Shown: piece after piece, positions 1 through 13,390 of the stretch | Numbering within the stretch: the stretch's first letter is position 1 | Layout of the letters: each line of letters begins with the position of its first letter | DNA from: the human T2T-CHM13v2.0 reference genome, Homo sapiens | Strand: one strand, 5' to 3' | Assembly (NCBI RefSeq): GCF_009914755.1 | Contig: NC_060936.1 | Length of the DNA stretch: 64,000 bases | Made by a program: the position numbers and the translations under genes | The notes under the pieces: model-generated | The model's input: only the letters and a program-made list of their open reading frames with translations | What the model was told of the DNA's origin: nothing | The model's database searches: none

Positions 1-1376
1 CTGTAGCCAGCCCTGAACCAGGGGTTTTGACCAGCGCTATTGGAAGAGCTTGGGCAGAGAGTGGGGGAGGGATTGTTGGTGGGCAGCAGATGCTGATGGG
101 GACAGGAGATGGAGTGGGCGCCACCCCAGTTACCTTAGTCTCATGCCTCCTGCTGTTGTGCTACAGGAGTCCAAATGGGATTTTCTGGCCCCTTGCCCTC
201 AGAAATCACTGTCTGGGTACAGAATGGTGATATCCATGGTCTATGCTTAGGAAATTAATTTTGTTGATATATTTGACTGACCAAGTGGTAATGTTTTAAA
301 TTGAAGAGCAACCTGGGCCACGGCTATCACTTTTTGGTTCTGTGAGAATCAGTTTTGCATTCTCTTTAGAAAAGATAAAAAAAAGGTTACAGGGGAAAAA
401 AGTAAAGTAGTTATATAAGCAGAGTTACATAATTATGAGACACTCTCACATTGTCTCATAAAGGAGAAAGAGTGTCCTCTTTCTCCTTCTCTTACTTCAC
501 ATTTAGTATCTGACCTCCCTTGGGCCCTAAGAAGGGCAGGGATTGTCACTTTGGCATGACAATTTATGCTTACCTAATCTCGCAAAATCCATTCCATCAT
601 CTAAATAAATAATTGCTTCTTTTTATCCCTTTTTTTGTTGAATTGTAATATCAAATGAGGTGTGAAGTACAGGCTCGTGGACCGTGCTTGCCAGCTAACA
701 AAGTGAATATATGAATATATCCCCAACAAAACACCCTGCAAAATGCTGTAATCTCTGAATTGTGACAACCTTGAGTGGAATAGAGTTTTTGATAGCATAT
801 TATGTACAAACTGCCTGAAATTCTGTGATAAGAATTAAAAATGTGTTGTATGGGAAGACCCGACATGCTCAGTTAGAAAGGCAGTAAAAATCTTAATTTA
901 AAATATTTTAATGAACACTCTTTGTGAGGAAATGTGAGTAATAAAGATGAAAACCACAAGATAAAGAGTGGTGTTGCCAAAAGAGGAGAAGGAGATTAGA
1001 AAAATAAGCAAATTTGAAAGTGTTCAGAACAGATAACACTGAACCAAGGGAACCGAAAGCTAGATGATGGACTATTTGCATGGAAGCCACGTGCAGCTAG
1101 GTAGGTTGAGATGAGGTTGTTCTTTGAATGATTCTTGTCTGGCTGTTGGGACCCAAACCTCAGAGAAAATAAACCGCAACTTTTTATGTGGACAGAAACC
1201 ACAATACAGAGCCCATTCTTATCTAAAAATTTGAATAGAGGCAGAGAAAAGCTCAGAGGATAGGCAAGCAAAAGCCCTAAAATAGACTTCTTCAAAAAAA
1301 CAGGCACACCCACGTTGCTGTAACCCAACTCAAGGTGAAGTCAAGATCCAATCCAGCTGTTCACTGTGAAGGGTAC

Positions 1377-3721
1377 TGTATTAGTCTGTTCTCACACTGC
1401 TAATTAAGACATACCCAAGACCGGATAATTTATGGAGGAAAGAGGTTTCATTGACTCACAGTTCCACATGGCTGGGGAGGCCTCACAATCATGGCTGAAG
1501 GCGAATAAGGAGCAAAGTCACATCTTACATGGTGGCAAGTAAGAGAGCTTGTGTAGGGGAACTCCCTTTTATAAAACCATCAGTTCTCATGAGACTTCTT
1601 CACTATCACAAGAATAGCATGAGAAAGACCCACCCCCATGATTCATTTACCTCCCACCGGGTCCCTTCCACATGTGGAAAATATGGGAGCTACAATTTAA
1701 GATGAGATTTGGGCGGGGACACAGCCAAACCATATCATTCCATCCCTGGCCCTTCCCAAATCTCGTGTCCTCACATTTCAAAACCAGTCATGCCTCCCCA
1801 ACAATCCCCCAAAGTCTTAACTCACTTCAGCATTAACTCAAAAGTCCACAGTTCAAAGTCCTATCTGAGACAAGGCAAGCCCCTTCTGCCTGTGAGCCTG
1901 TAAAATCAAAAGCAAGTTAGTTACTTCCTAGATACAATGAGGGTATAGGCATGTGGTAAATACAGCCATTCCAAATGGGAGAAATTGGATAAAATGAAGG
2001 GACTACAGGCCCCATGGAAGTCTGAAATCCAGTGGGGCACTCAAAGCTCTAAAATGATCTCCTTTGACTCCGTGTCTCACGTCCAGGTCACACTGATGCA
2101 AAAGGTAGGTTCCCATGGTCTTGGGCAACTCTGCCTCTGTGGCTTTGCAGGGTACACCAGCCCCCTTCCTGGCTACTTTCATGGGCTGGTGCTGAGTGTC
2201 TGCAGCTTTTCCAGGCACACAGTGCAAGCCGTCAGTGGATCTAACATTCTGGGGTCAGGAGGACAGTAGCCCTCTTCTCACAGCTTCACTAGGCAGCACC
2301 TCAGTGGGGACTCTGTGTGGGGGCTTCCATCCCACATTTCCCTTCTGTACTGCCCTAGCAGAGGTTCTCCATTAGGGCTCTGCCCCTGCAGCACACCTCT
2401 GCCTGGGCATCCAGGCATTTCCATACATCCTCTAAAATCTAGGCAGAGGTTCACAGACCTCAATTCTTAACTTCTGTGCACCTTCAGGCCCAATACCACA
2501 TGTAAGCTGCTAAGGCTTGGGGCTGGCACCCTCTGAAGCCATGATCCGACCTTTACTTTGGCCCCGTTTAGTCATGGCTAGAGTGGCTGGGACACAGCGT
2601 ACCAAGTCCCTAGGCTGCACAGAGCAGGGGGATCCTGGGCCAGGCCCACTAAAGAAACCATTTTTTCCCTGGGCTTCTGGGCCTCTGATGGGAGCGACTG
2701 CCAGGAAGGTCTGTGACATGCCCTGGAGACATTTTCTCCATTGTCTTGGTGATTAACATTTGACTCCTCATTACATATGCAAGTTTCTGCAGCCAGCTTG
2801 ATTTTCTCCTCAGAAAATGGGTTTTTCTTTTCTATCACATCATCAGGCTGCAAATTTTCTGAACTTTTCTGTTCAGCTTCCCTTTTAAACATAAGTTCCA
2901 ATTCCAAACCATGTCTTTGTGAATACATAAAACTGAATGCTTTTAACAGCATCCAAGTCACCTCTTGAATGCTTTGCTGCTTAGAAATTTCTTCTGCCAG
3001 ATACCCTAAATAATCTCTCTCAGATTCAAAGTTCCACAAATCTCTAGGGCAGGGGCAAAATGCCACCAGTCTCTTTGCTAAAACATAGCAAGAGTCACCT
3101 TTATTCCAGTTCCCAACAAGTTCCTCATCTCCATCTGAGACCACCTTAACTTGGACTTCATTGTCCCTATCACTGTCAGTATTTTGGTCAAAGCCATTCA
3201 ACAAATCTTTAGGAAGTTCCAAACTTTCCCACATCTTCCTGTCCTCTTCTAAGTCATCCAAACTGTTCCAACCTCTGCCTGTTACCCAGTTGCAAAGTTG
3301 CTTCCATATTTTTGGGTATCTTTATAATAGCACCCCACTCTACCTGTACCAACTTACTGTATTAGTCTCTTCTCATGCTGCTAATAAAGACATACCTAAG
3401 ACTGGGTAATTTATAAAGGAAAGAGGTCTAATTGACTTACAGTTCCACATGGCTGGGGAGACCTCACAATCATGGCTGAAGGTGAATGAGGAGCAAAGTC
3501 ACATCTTACATGGTGGCAGGCAAAAGAGGTTGTGTGGGGGAACTCCCCTCTATAAAACCATCAGATCTCATGAGACTTATTCACTGTCATGAGAACAGCA
3601 CAGGAAAGACCCACCTCCATGAGTCAGTTACCTCCCACTGGGTCCCTCTCACAACACATGGGAATTATGGGAGCTATAATTCAATATGAGATCTGGGTGA
3701 GGACACAGCCAAACCATATCA
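1377..3721 (-). mobile_element. Full-length THE1 (ERVL-MaLR, THE1B/C-like) provirus: LTR 1377-1737, internal region 1738-3357, LTR 3358-3721
   Basis: Two ~360-bp direct repeats run TGTATTAGTC...CCAAACCATATCA, the reverse complement of the THE1 LTR. They enclose a 1.6-kb MaLR internal region. The 5-bp target-site duplication is GGTAC (1372-1376) / GCTAC (3722-3726). Confidence 0.95.
2578..3261 (-). pseudogene. Remnant of the THE1/MaLR internal (gag-derived) ORF, 227 codons open
   Basis: The translation (EEDRKMWESLELP..DLLNGFDQN..GNWNKGDSCYVLAKRLVAFCPCPRDLWNFE..EEISKQQSIQEV) matches the recalled MaLR-internal ORF. It lies sense to the provirus. Confidence 0.8.
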
Positions 3722-4289
3722 GCTACCATATTGGAAAATCTGGAAAATCCAATCTTTCAGGAGTTTTTCATTGCCTACTGTAGTCTAGAAAAATATTATA
3801 ACCATTTGAGCAGAGGGAAAGGTCATCCTTTTAATTAACTGAGCTAATTCATTGTTTTTTATGAAACTTAACATTTGGCCATCAAACAAAAAACAATGTT
3901 GACATAAGACAGTTACCATATCAAGTGCCATCGTATGGATTTGTGAAACATGAACTGGCCTAAATTTTTCATTGTGCTGAAGGATTCTTATTCAAGTTTA
4001 AGAAAAGAAGGGAGACAGTTGAATGATTATAACAGGTGCCTCTATTTCAACAAAGTAGAAGTAGTTTTTCCTACCTGACCCCATTTGTGTTAGTTTCTTT
4101 CCTTCTATAAAATATTTTGTTGAAAGGTAAAAGAACACACAGAACATGTAATATGTCTTTGAGGACAATTTTGTTTGATTCTGTTTGTCCATTTCTTATT
4201 TTATTTAAAAAATCTATTGAAAAACCATATGGCTCTTGTTAGGTACCAGGCACTATGTTATGTCTTCTAGGTGAATACAATTTTAAAAA

Positions 4290-4440
4290 TCAGAAATATT
4301 AGAACCCTGTAAAGTGGATATGGAACGTTATTATTATTCCCATTTAACAGATGTGTAAATTGAGACAGTTAAATGATTTCCTGAGGTCTCAGAGCCAGTA
4401 TGTGGTCAAAGCAGTCCGACTTTAGAGTCCATGCTTAAAC
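4290..4440 (-). mobile_element. MIR fragment
   Basis: ATTATTATTCCCATTTAACAGATG..AAATTGAGACAG..TTAAATGATTTCCTGAGGTC resembles the reverse-complement MIR core. Confidence 0.6.
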
Positions 4441-4614
4441 TGCCATCCTGGGCTCCTCAGAAGGCATGGCAAAGCGCCTGTGCTGTGAGCTGTGGTCACT
4501 TCCTCCTGCTCTTGCCCAGCCAGCTTTCAGCTCTCTTGTTCCCACAGGACTGAAAACTCATTAAAAGCAGTGCCCACAGCACCAGCAGGCCACCTGGCAT
4601 GTGGAAGTAGGGGA

Positions 4615-5065
4615 GGTAGGTGGTCAAAGCATGCCCCCTCAAAAGACATGTCTATGTCCTCCTCCCCAGAACTTGTGAATGTGACCTTATTTGGCAGAAG
4701 GGTCTTTGCAGAGGTCATTAAGTTAAGGATCTTGAGATGAGATCATCCTGGATTAGCTGAGTGGACCCTAAATCCAAGGACTGGTGTCGTTTTAAGAGAC
4801 ACACAGAGGAAACGGCCACGTGGTGACAGAGACAGGGATGCGAGTGATGCAGCCACGGCCATGGAAACCAAGGAACGTCTGGAGCCACCAGAAGCTGGGG
4901 AGGTGAGACACTGATTGTCCCCTGGAGCCCTCGGCAGGAGCACGTTTCTTTCAACACCTTGACTTTGGATCTCTGGCTGCCAGAAGTGTGAAAGAATAAG
5001 TCTCTGTTGTTTTAAGCCAACAAGTCTGAGAGGATTTATAACAGCAGCCCCAGGAAACTAGACCA
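4615..5065 (+). mobile_element. MLT1 (MLT1B/C/D-like) MaLR solo LTR
   Basis: GAATGTGACCTTATTTGG..GTCTTTGCAGAGGTCATTAAGTTAAGGATCTTGAGATGAGATCATCCTGGATTA and the 3' end TGTTGTTTTAAGCCA..CAGCAGCCCCAGGAAACTA. Confidence 0.85.
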
Positions 5066-5099
5066 GGGGCGTAAAGAATACCTGTTGAATAAGCAGGTT

Positions 5100-5265
5100 G
5101 AGGCGGCCCAATCCTGGATGCCCATCAGTCACCTGGGAGTCTTTACAAAGTGCAGACAGTCCTGGATGCAGATTCCCTAGCCCTTACCCCAGTAGGCTAC
5201 AAGCATTGGCCTTTGAAGAAAAGTCTCCAGGTGATTTTAATGTGCAGCCCGGGCTGAGAATTCCT
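5100..5265. mobile_element. MER5A-like hAT-Charlie MITE
   Basis: ATCAGTCACCTGGGAG...CCAGGTGATTTTAATGTGCAGCCCGGGCTGAGAA, the typical MER5A inverted subterminal segments. Confidence 0.6.
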
Positions 5266-6764
5266 GGGAGACATGAATGAATGAAAATTCATTTAAGCCC
5301 CAGGAGAAGATAAAGATATTTAGTTTTAAACGATTTTAGGATTTGAAAGCAATGGATTTGAGATACACAATTCTTAGATTTACAGTCGCATTTGCCACTG
5401 GACACTTGGAAGACCTCTGAGTACCAGCCACTTCAGGAGTTCAAAGCCAGGATCCCATGTAGGGAAATGCGTCATGCACAGGGCACCTGCCTGTAGGGAG
5501 AGCCACACTTAACAGAGAGGAGGGAGGTTTGTTTTTGTTTGTTTTTATTCATGCTAGAAAGTGACAACAGAGTCCTACAAGAAATGGAGGACTCCTCCCT
5601 GACCCCTTCAAAAAGCCCAGGCCTGCAGGAGAAAAGAAAAGAAACATTTAAAAACACTCCACTTATTTTTTCTAACCAGTGGGAAGCGCTTTGAATTTAT
5701 GCTGCTGGCCAGTTTCATCTTAAGTATAACAAAAGTCTTCTTACTTCAAAAGTAATAGATGGTTCAATTGTAGAAAATTTAGAAAATACAATTGGGTAAA
5801 ATGGAGGGGATAAAAGTCATCTCCAAATCTATGATTGAAAGGGTAATAACTGTTAATATTTTGAGTATATTGGCATTCTATGTGATCACATCTATATACA
5901 GAAATATGTTATTTCTGTGCATATTAGACTTGCTCATTTAGCTTTGAAAACTTGTTTTCTGTACTAATAAAGAATAAATATATAGTAACATATTTTCATG
6001 TCATTGAATATTTAACTATAATGATTATTATCAAGCCCTTTACAAAAATTGGTCAAAGTGGTTAACCCTCTTCCCAGAAAAATGCAAATACACACACATA
6101 AACAATTTTTTCCAACAATTTCAAGATTTGTGGAGCCCTTCAGTGAATCTGTAATTTTTAAAGTATAATAGTCTATTGATATTATAGCAGTATATTCTAT
6201 TCATTCCCCATATTTCATTTTTTTCCTCTTTTAAACATTGCTACTGGCCATTTTTATGAGGTTGCATCTTTTTCCTGTTAAACGTTCCTTTAAAATATTT
6301 TTTCTTTTGAAGCATAAAATGTCTGTCAAATATCTTTGTAGATAAATCTTTAGGAGGGAAAGTTAGACATGAACTGGCAGGTCAAAATACGTGATGCGTT
6401 TTTAAGTTCTGGATGCTTTGGTGAGCTTGTCCTGCCTGTTTACAGGGCTCCGTGTGTGTCCAGTGCTCACTTCCTTTGCCAACAGTGGGCCTTACCTTAA
6501 AAAAATTAATTTGATAGTTGAAATATGGCTATCTTCTTATGGGCATAATTTGCATCGACGTAATTTCTGGTTACATTTAATAACTTTTCCTGTGTTTGTT
6601 TGCGAATGTTTTTCCCTACTTGGTTGCCTTAATTTTGGACTATGTTTTTACTTTAGCAAGATTTTAGGTTTGTGCGTTGTCAAATGTAGTCATTCTTTTC
6701 TTTAAGGCAAAGACTCTAATCTGGAGAAGGATGGAGCAGGCCTAGCGGAATGCCAGAAAGGCTG

Positions 6765-7260
6765 TGTCAAAATCCATCCATCAGCCTGAGCCCCTCAGTG
6801 GTTAGGGAGAACCAGTGGCTGACGCTAGTTAAAGCAGTAAAGGCAGATTTTATTCAGAGACTCTTCCTGCAACAGTGGAAAAGAGACCTCCGTATGGAGG
6901 GGGACTCAATTGTGAACACAGTGGAGACAGCTGGGGATTTATAGCCAAGGAGAGGAGGAGGGGAGGAGGGTGAATGAGGGGTAGGCGGATGACAAATTAC
7001 TAAGAGGAGACAGCAAGGGTAGGGGGATTCTTGCTAAGCCTACTTAGGATTCTTGCTGAAGGCAGCCACATATCAGGGGTGGGAGATTCCCTCTAAACAG
7101 ACTTAGCAGATCCTTCCTAAAATTGGGATATGCGAGTCCAGCACGGATGGGGAATGGGGTGGGGTTGAGACATGGGGAGGAGGTGGTGGAGGGCAGGTTT
7201 GAGACCAAGTCAGGGCTCAGAGGTGCCTGACTCAAGCTTGGTTAAGGAGAAGGTTGCAGT
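6765..7260 (-). mobile_element. ERV1-class solo LTR (MER31/MER67-like), apparently inserted in an older MLT1 LTR whose 3' end follows at ~7260-7376
   Basis: The reverse complement starts CCTTAACCAAGCTTGAGTCAGGCACCTCTGAGCCCT and contains GCAAGAATCC repeats. The downstream TTGTTTTAAGCCATTGAAG..TTGTTACCACAGCATAAC..TCCTGACTTGTACA is an MLT1 3' end. Confidence 0.6.
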
Positions 7261-7409
7261 GCCCCGTTGCTGGCCTGTCCAGAGCAGGTAGTGCAAGTGA
7301 GAACTAAATCTTGGTTGTTTTAAGCCATTGAAGTTATTTGTTACCACAGCATAACATAATCTATCCTGACTTGTACAAAGAATTTTCAATTATACATTTA
7401 CAAAAATGT

Positions 7410-8480
7410 AATAGCCTTCTTTGAGGGGAGCAGTTTTAGGTTTACAGAATTGAGTGGAAAGAAAGTATAGCAAATTGCCACATTATCCTTTACCCCTCCA
7501 GTTCCCCTATTATTAACATCTTGCATTAGTGTGGCACATTTGTTACAATTAATTAGTCAATATTGATACATTATTACTAAAGTCCACACTACATATTGGG
7601 GTTCACTCCTTGTGTTGTAGGTTTTGCTAATGTATAATGACATTTATGCACCATTACAGTATCACACAGGATAGCTCCACTACCCTAAAACCACCCCCTG
7701 TGCTCTACCTACCCTCTCCCTCCTTCTCCCTGAACTCCTGGCAACCACTGATCTTTTTACTGTCCCCATAGTTTTGCCTTTTCCAGAATGTCGTATAGTT
7801 GGACTCATACAGTATGTACTCTTTTCAGATTGGCTTCTTTCACTTGGCAATATGCATTTCAGTTTCCTCGCTGTCTTTTCTTGGCTTGATAGCTCATTTC
7901 TGTCTATCACTGAATGACATTCCATTGCCTGGATGGACCACAGTTTATACATTTATCTACTGAGGGACATCTTGGTTGCTTCCAAGTTTTAGCAATTATG
8001 ATTAATGCTACTATAAACGTTCATATTGAGGTTTTTCTGTAGATGTACGGTTTCAACTCATTTGGATAAGTGCCAAGGAGCGCAATTGCTGGATCATATG
8101 ATAAGAATATGTTTAGTTTTGTAAAAAACTGCTAGACTGTCTTCCAAAGCGGGTGTAGCATTTTTCATTCCAATCAGCAGTGAATGAGACTTCCTGTGTC
8201 TTCACATCCTTGCTAACATTTAGTGTTATCAGTATTTTGGATTTTAGCCATTCTAATAGTTGTGTAGTGGTATCCTCATTTTTTAAAATTTGCAGCTCCC
8301 CAATGATACATGATGCTGAGTATCCTTTCATGTGCTTATTGCCGTCTATATATCTTCTTTGGTCAGGTGTCTGTTCAAGTCTTTTGCTCATTTTTTAAGT
8401 TGGGTTGTTCTTTTTTTTTATTATATGTTTTGCAACTATTTTTATTCTGTGGCTTGTCTTTTCATTCTCATGATTAAATA
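7410..8480 (-). mobile_element. Old L1 (L1MB/L1MC-type) 3' end
   Basis: Antisense L1M 3' UTR/ORF2 motifs: CCTGGCAACCACTGATCTTTTTACTGTC, GGACATCTTGGTTGCTTCCAAGTTTT, ATTGCTGGATCATATG. Confidence 0.85.
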
Positions 8481-9349
8481 TACATTTTGAGTGGTGATGC
8501 CAGTTCCATAATATGTTCATAGATTTCAAGTGACTACCTTTGGATGACTAAAAAGTTCTAAAGTTCTAATTCTCAAGATGGCTGATTTAGAGCAGAAGAA
8601 AGCATACTTGGGTGTTCTGGTGTGTTTGTTAAAAAAAAGTCTTATTTTTGGCCCCTGAGTCTTCCTGATGACCAGGAGGTTCTCACTGGCTGAGGGCTAT
8701 GTCCCTGGCAACATGCAGGTTCATACAGCTCATTCCTGGAATGTCTGTGTGGCCACGTCAAGGTGTTTCTGACTGGGTCTTTCCCCACTAATCCATCCAG
8801 CTGCTAGTCTAGTCTTCTTAAAACAGCTTTCGTCACGACCTAGTGGTCCTGTTGCCTATCTCAGTAAATCTAAGCAGTTGGCTGGACTGTTACAGTCCTT
8901 TTGAGAATCAGAGTTCGAGATGCTGGAAACCCTAGTGCAAGAGTCAGACGCTGAGACAGTGAATTGAACCAGTAGGCAGCGCTCCCCATAGTCATAGGAC
9001 AAGAGACCAAGTTTGATGGAACAAAGAGAACACAATGGGTTCCGTATGGAGAGAATCTAAAAAGGCTTCTCAGAGGAGGTGACATTTAAACTGGTCCCTA
9101 AAGCATGAGCAAGAGTTTAAAAGTGTTTAGAAATACACATTTCTGGGAAGGTGACCTATTAAACCATTCTGTATGTAATATTAACACTATATTATATTCG
9201 TCTTGCAAAATGCTCTTAAATGCAAAAATTTGATGTGGCACAGGTGAGGCTTGATAGTGGGGCTGGACGATCTTAGAGTATGGGAGGGTGCATCTGGATG
9301 GGTGCCTCTTTGAGCAGTCTATGCAAAGAGGGAGGACTTTTCAGGATTC

Positions 9350-9620
9350 ATTGGAAGCAGACCTTCCTGATGCAACATTTATTGGGCACTACTGTGTGCC
9401 AGGTCCTATGCTCTATATTATCCCCTTTAATTATCAAAATAGCCAGTGAAGAAGATACCACTCTTGGCTCCATTATAGATGGGGAAACTGAGGGTCAGAG
9501 ATGTTAAGAGCCCATAGCCATGTAGCTAGGACTGGTGGACCTGGGATTTGAACCCAGGCTTCAAGGCTCCAGAGCAGTGCCTGGCACAGAGTAGGCTCTC
9601 AACAAGTATGTGTTGAATGT
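9350..9620 (-). mobile_element. MIR fragment followed by a + strand L2 3' tail
   Basis: CATTATAGATGGGGAAACTGAGGGTCAGAGA..GGGATTTGAACCCAGG, then CAGTGCCTGGCACAGAGTAGGCTCTCAACAAGTATGTGTTGAATG. Confidence 0.65.
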
Positions 9621-10108
9621 TTTAAGTCCAACGCTCTTTTCGCAGTATCAGAGTAATCTAAAAACAAGAAGTGGATGGGGCCAAAGAGAAACTTTGCCAA
9701 AGGTCAGCACTTTGGTAGGATTTTGATAGCCTCCCCCAGATTCCTGATTTCAGTTACATTGCTCGAGGTTACAGGATGCTGGGCCTTAATCACCACATTG
9801 CCAGGTTCATGCACTGTAGGTCCTTTGTGAAATGGAAATAGAGGATAGAGTTTCTCTTAGAACTCCAAGTGGCATTGAGATTCCAACACGACCTTTCTTA
9901 CCAAGTGCAGATGTTATTTCTACTGTAGGATTTAACTTTTGTGATTTCCTTATGCAGGCAAAAATTGAACCAGAGGGAATTGGAGTCTTTCTTTCTATAG
10001 GTCTGCTGGCATGATGACTTAAAACCAGAGCCTTTACATCAGATTTCTGATGGGGTGTTGAAGAAACAAACGAAGGGTAACTTGCCAAGTACATGCTAAT
10101 GGAAAGTA

Positions 10109-10403
<295 letters not shown>

Positions 10404-11089
10404 TGTAAATGACTCTTTTATTTGGCCTTTTGTGTTGGTATTTTTTAGAAACCCGGGCCTCTCCATGAAATCATTTTATTCTTATGTCATTATTTTTTAT
10501 GCATTTATCAATTTATTCATTCATTTATTGTTTTGACCTATTTATTGCCATTATGTCACTATTATTATGACATTATATCATATTATATCATTATTATATA
10601 TGTCATTATGAAGCCTTCCTCAGATCTGCTGCAAATCTTTTACAAAAGCAATCAAATGAACCTTTGAGTGGTTGCCTCTGCCCCCAACCCTCCATCTTCC
10701 TTTTTCTCCGTTTCCTAGAGAAAATTCTCCATGATTTGAAAGTATTCATTTAACACAGCCTGCCCCAACCAAGCTCACCTCCTGCACCATGCCTTTAAAT
10801 CTAGATAAAAGCTAGTGTGCCCAGTTATTGTTCTCTTTTTGGGTGAGAAGAAACCTTCTGTGTCTTTTGAAATGACATTTTATTTGATTTTATCCAATTA
10901 TGTGGCCAACATCCTATGTTGCTTTTCATAGGTACAGGCACACGTGGTCCCATGCTATGTTGACCGTGAGCAGTTTGCAGCCTGTAGCTGAGTGTGGCTA
11001 GTTGGGTAACCTGATGGTGTTTGCAGAAGGGGTGTGCGGTCTTCACCCCTGAAGATATTCCCCTGTCTTATCACATGATCCTCTTTTAA

Positions 11090-12110
<1,021 letters not shown>

Positions 12111-12439
12111 TCCACTTTACTTTCTGATGCTAATTGCAACTAGTCCTTGAGCTCTGGGAGTGAAGGGACTGTGTTTCCTTCCACAATGAATCACTGTTAC
12201 CCAGCACTGTACCGTGCCTGACACCACGCCTGACCGTGCCTGACACATATCCTTAATAAAATATTACTAAATGAATGAATAATGCAGGGTGATTTGTTTA
12301 GGCACACCTGCCCTCTTGTAAATTTCCCTTCCACCCCTTAACAGATTGGACCGTAGCTGTGGGGTTGTCGGGTGAGCGCACTGGCCGGGGCTGTCTGCAC
12401 ACTGGAGAGCTAGATGTCACATCATTGATCAGAATTTCA

Positions 12440-13390
12440 CGGTAGCTCATGTAGATAATGATATGAAATGTGCAGGGAGCTAAAACAGGGTCATGTGATA
12501 GAGGGGCCTGGGGCTACTGGAGATAGTGTGGGCGGAAACCCGGTCTAGGGAAATGCTGTTGGCTCTGAGATGGGAGGAATGAGGAGAAGCCAGCCACTCA
12601 GTGACTTGGGGAAGGACTTTCTAGGCAGAGGGAAGAGCATCTGCAAAGGCTCCCAGGGAAGGTGGAGCTGGGTTGGTAGGTTGATGGCCTGGGCAGCACA
12701 GAAGTCACAGAATCCAGCCGAGCTTGAACCAGGTCTTCACGACGGTCATCTCTGCATCCAGCGTCCTGTGCTTCAGTTCAGCAGATGTCTATCAAGTGCC
12801 ACCCACCTTCTGAGTCCTGTTTTGGGTTCTGGGAAATCAGCTGGAAACAAAACCAGTGAGTCGGTCCTGGCTCTCCTGGAACTTACATCTATAGAAAGGA
12901 ATATGCAATTGTATGTCAGGTGGTGATAAAAGCTAACAAGAAAAATAAGGCAGGTAAATGGACAGAGTAACTGGGAGGTTCTGCTTCAGATAAGGCGGTC
13001 AGGGAGGGCCTCTCTGACGAGCAGAGCCCTGAAGGGAGTGTGGGGAGGAGGCAGGGAGAGATGTGGGAGGAGAGCATCTCCCCAGAGTCCCTGAGGTGGC
13101 CGGCCCCAGTATGGTCAGGGGTTGAGCTGGCATGGAGTGAAGGAGGGGGCAGCGGGGACCAGGTCAGCAAGGTGGCCAAGGGCTGAATTATATAGGACTT
13201 CATAGGCTCTGAAAAGACTTTGGATTTTATTCTGCATGGGATGAGCAGCTACTGCAGGGCTTTGAGGGAAGTGATGTGATCTACTTTACCTTTTTTGAAA
13301 GATCTGCTTGGAGGAGCAAGGGTGGAGCCTGGGAGCCCAGGTGAGGGCTATCGCCATCATCCAGGGGCTGTAATTGAAATGGAACTTGCC
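12440..13390 (-). mobile_element. L2 fragments
   Basis: Antisense L2 3'-region motifs: CCTGGCTCTCCTGGAACTTACATCTA, GGTCAGGGAGGGCCTCTCTGA, GACTTTGGATTTTATTCTG..GAGCAGCTACTGCAGGGCTTTGAG. Confidence 0.7.

Noticed and set aside
10540-10610. CATTAT/ATT periodic stretch
   Set aside because: It is decayed AT-rich low-complexity sequence.
12211-12246. 14-bp direct repeat ACCGTGCCTGACAC
   Set aside because: It is a small slippage duplication in an L2 3' tail with no further structure.
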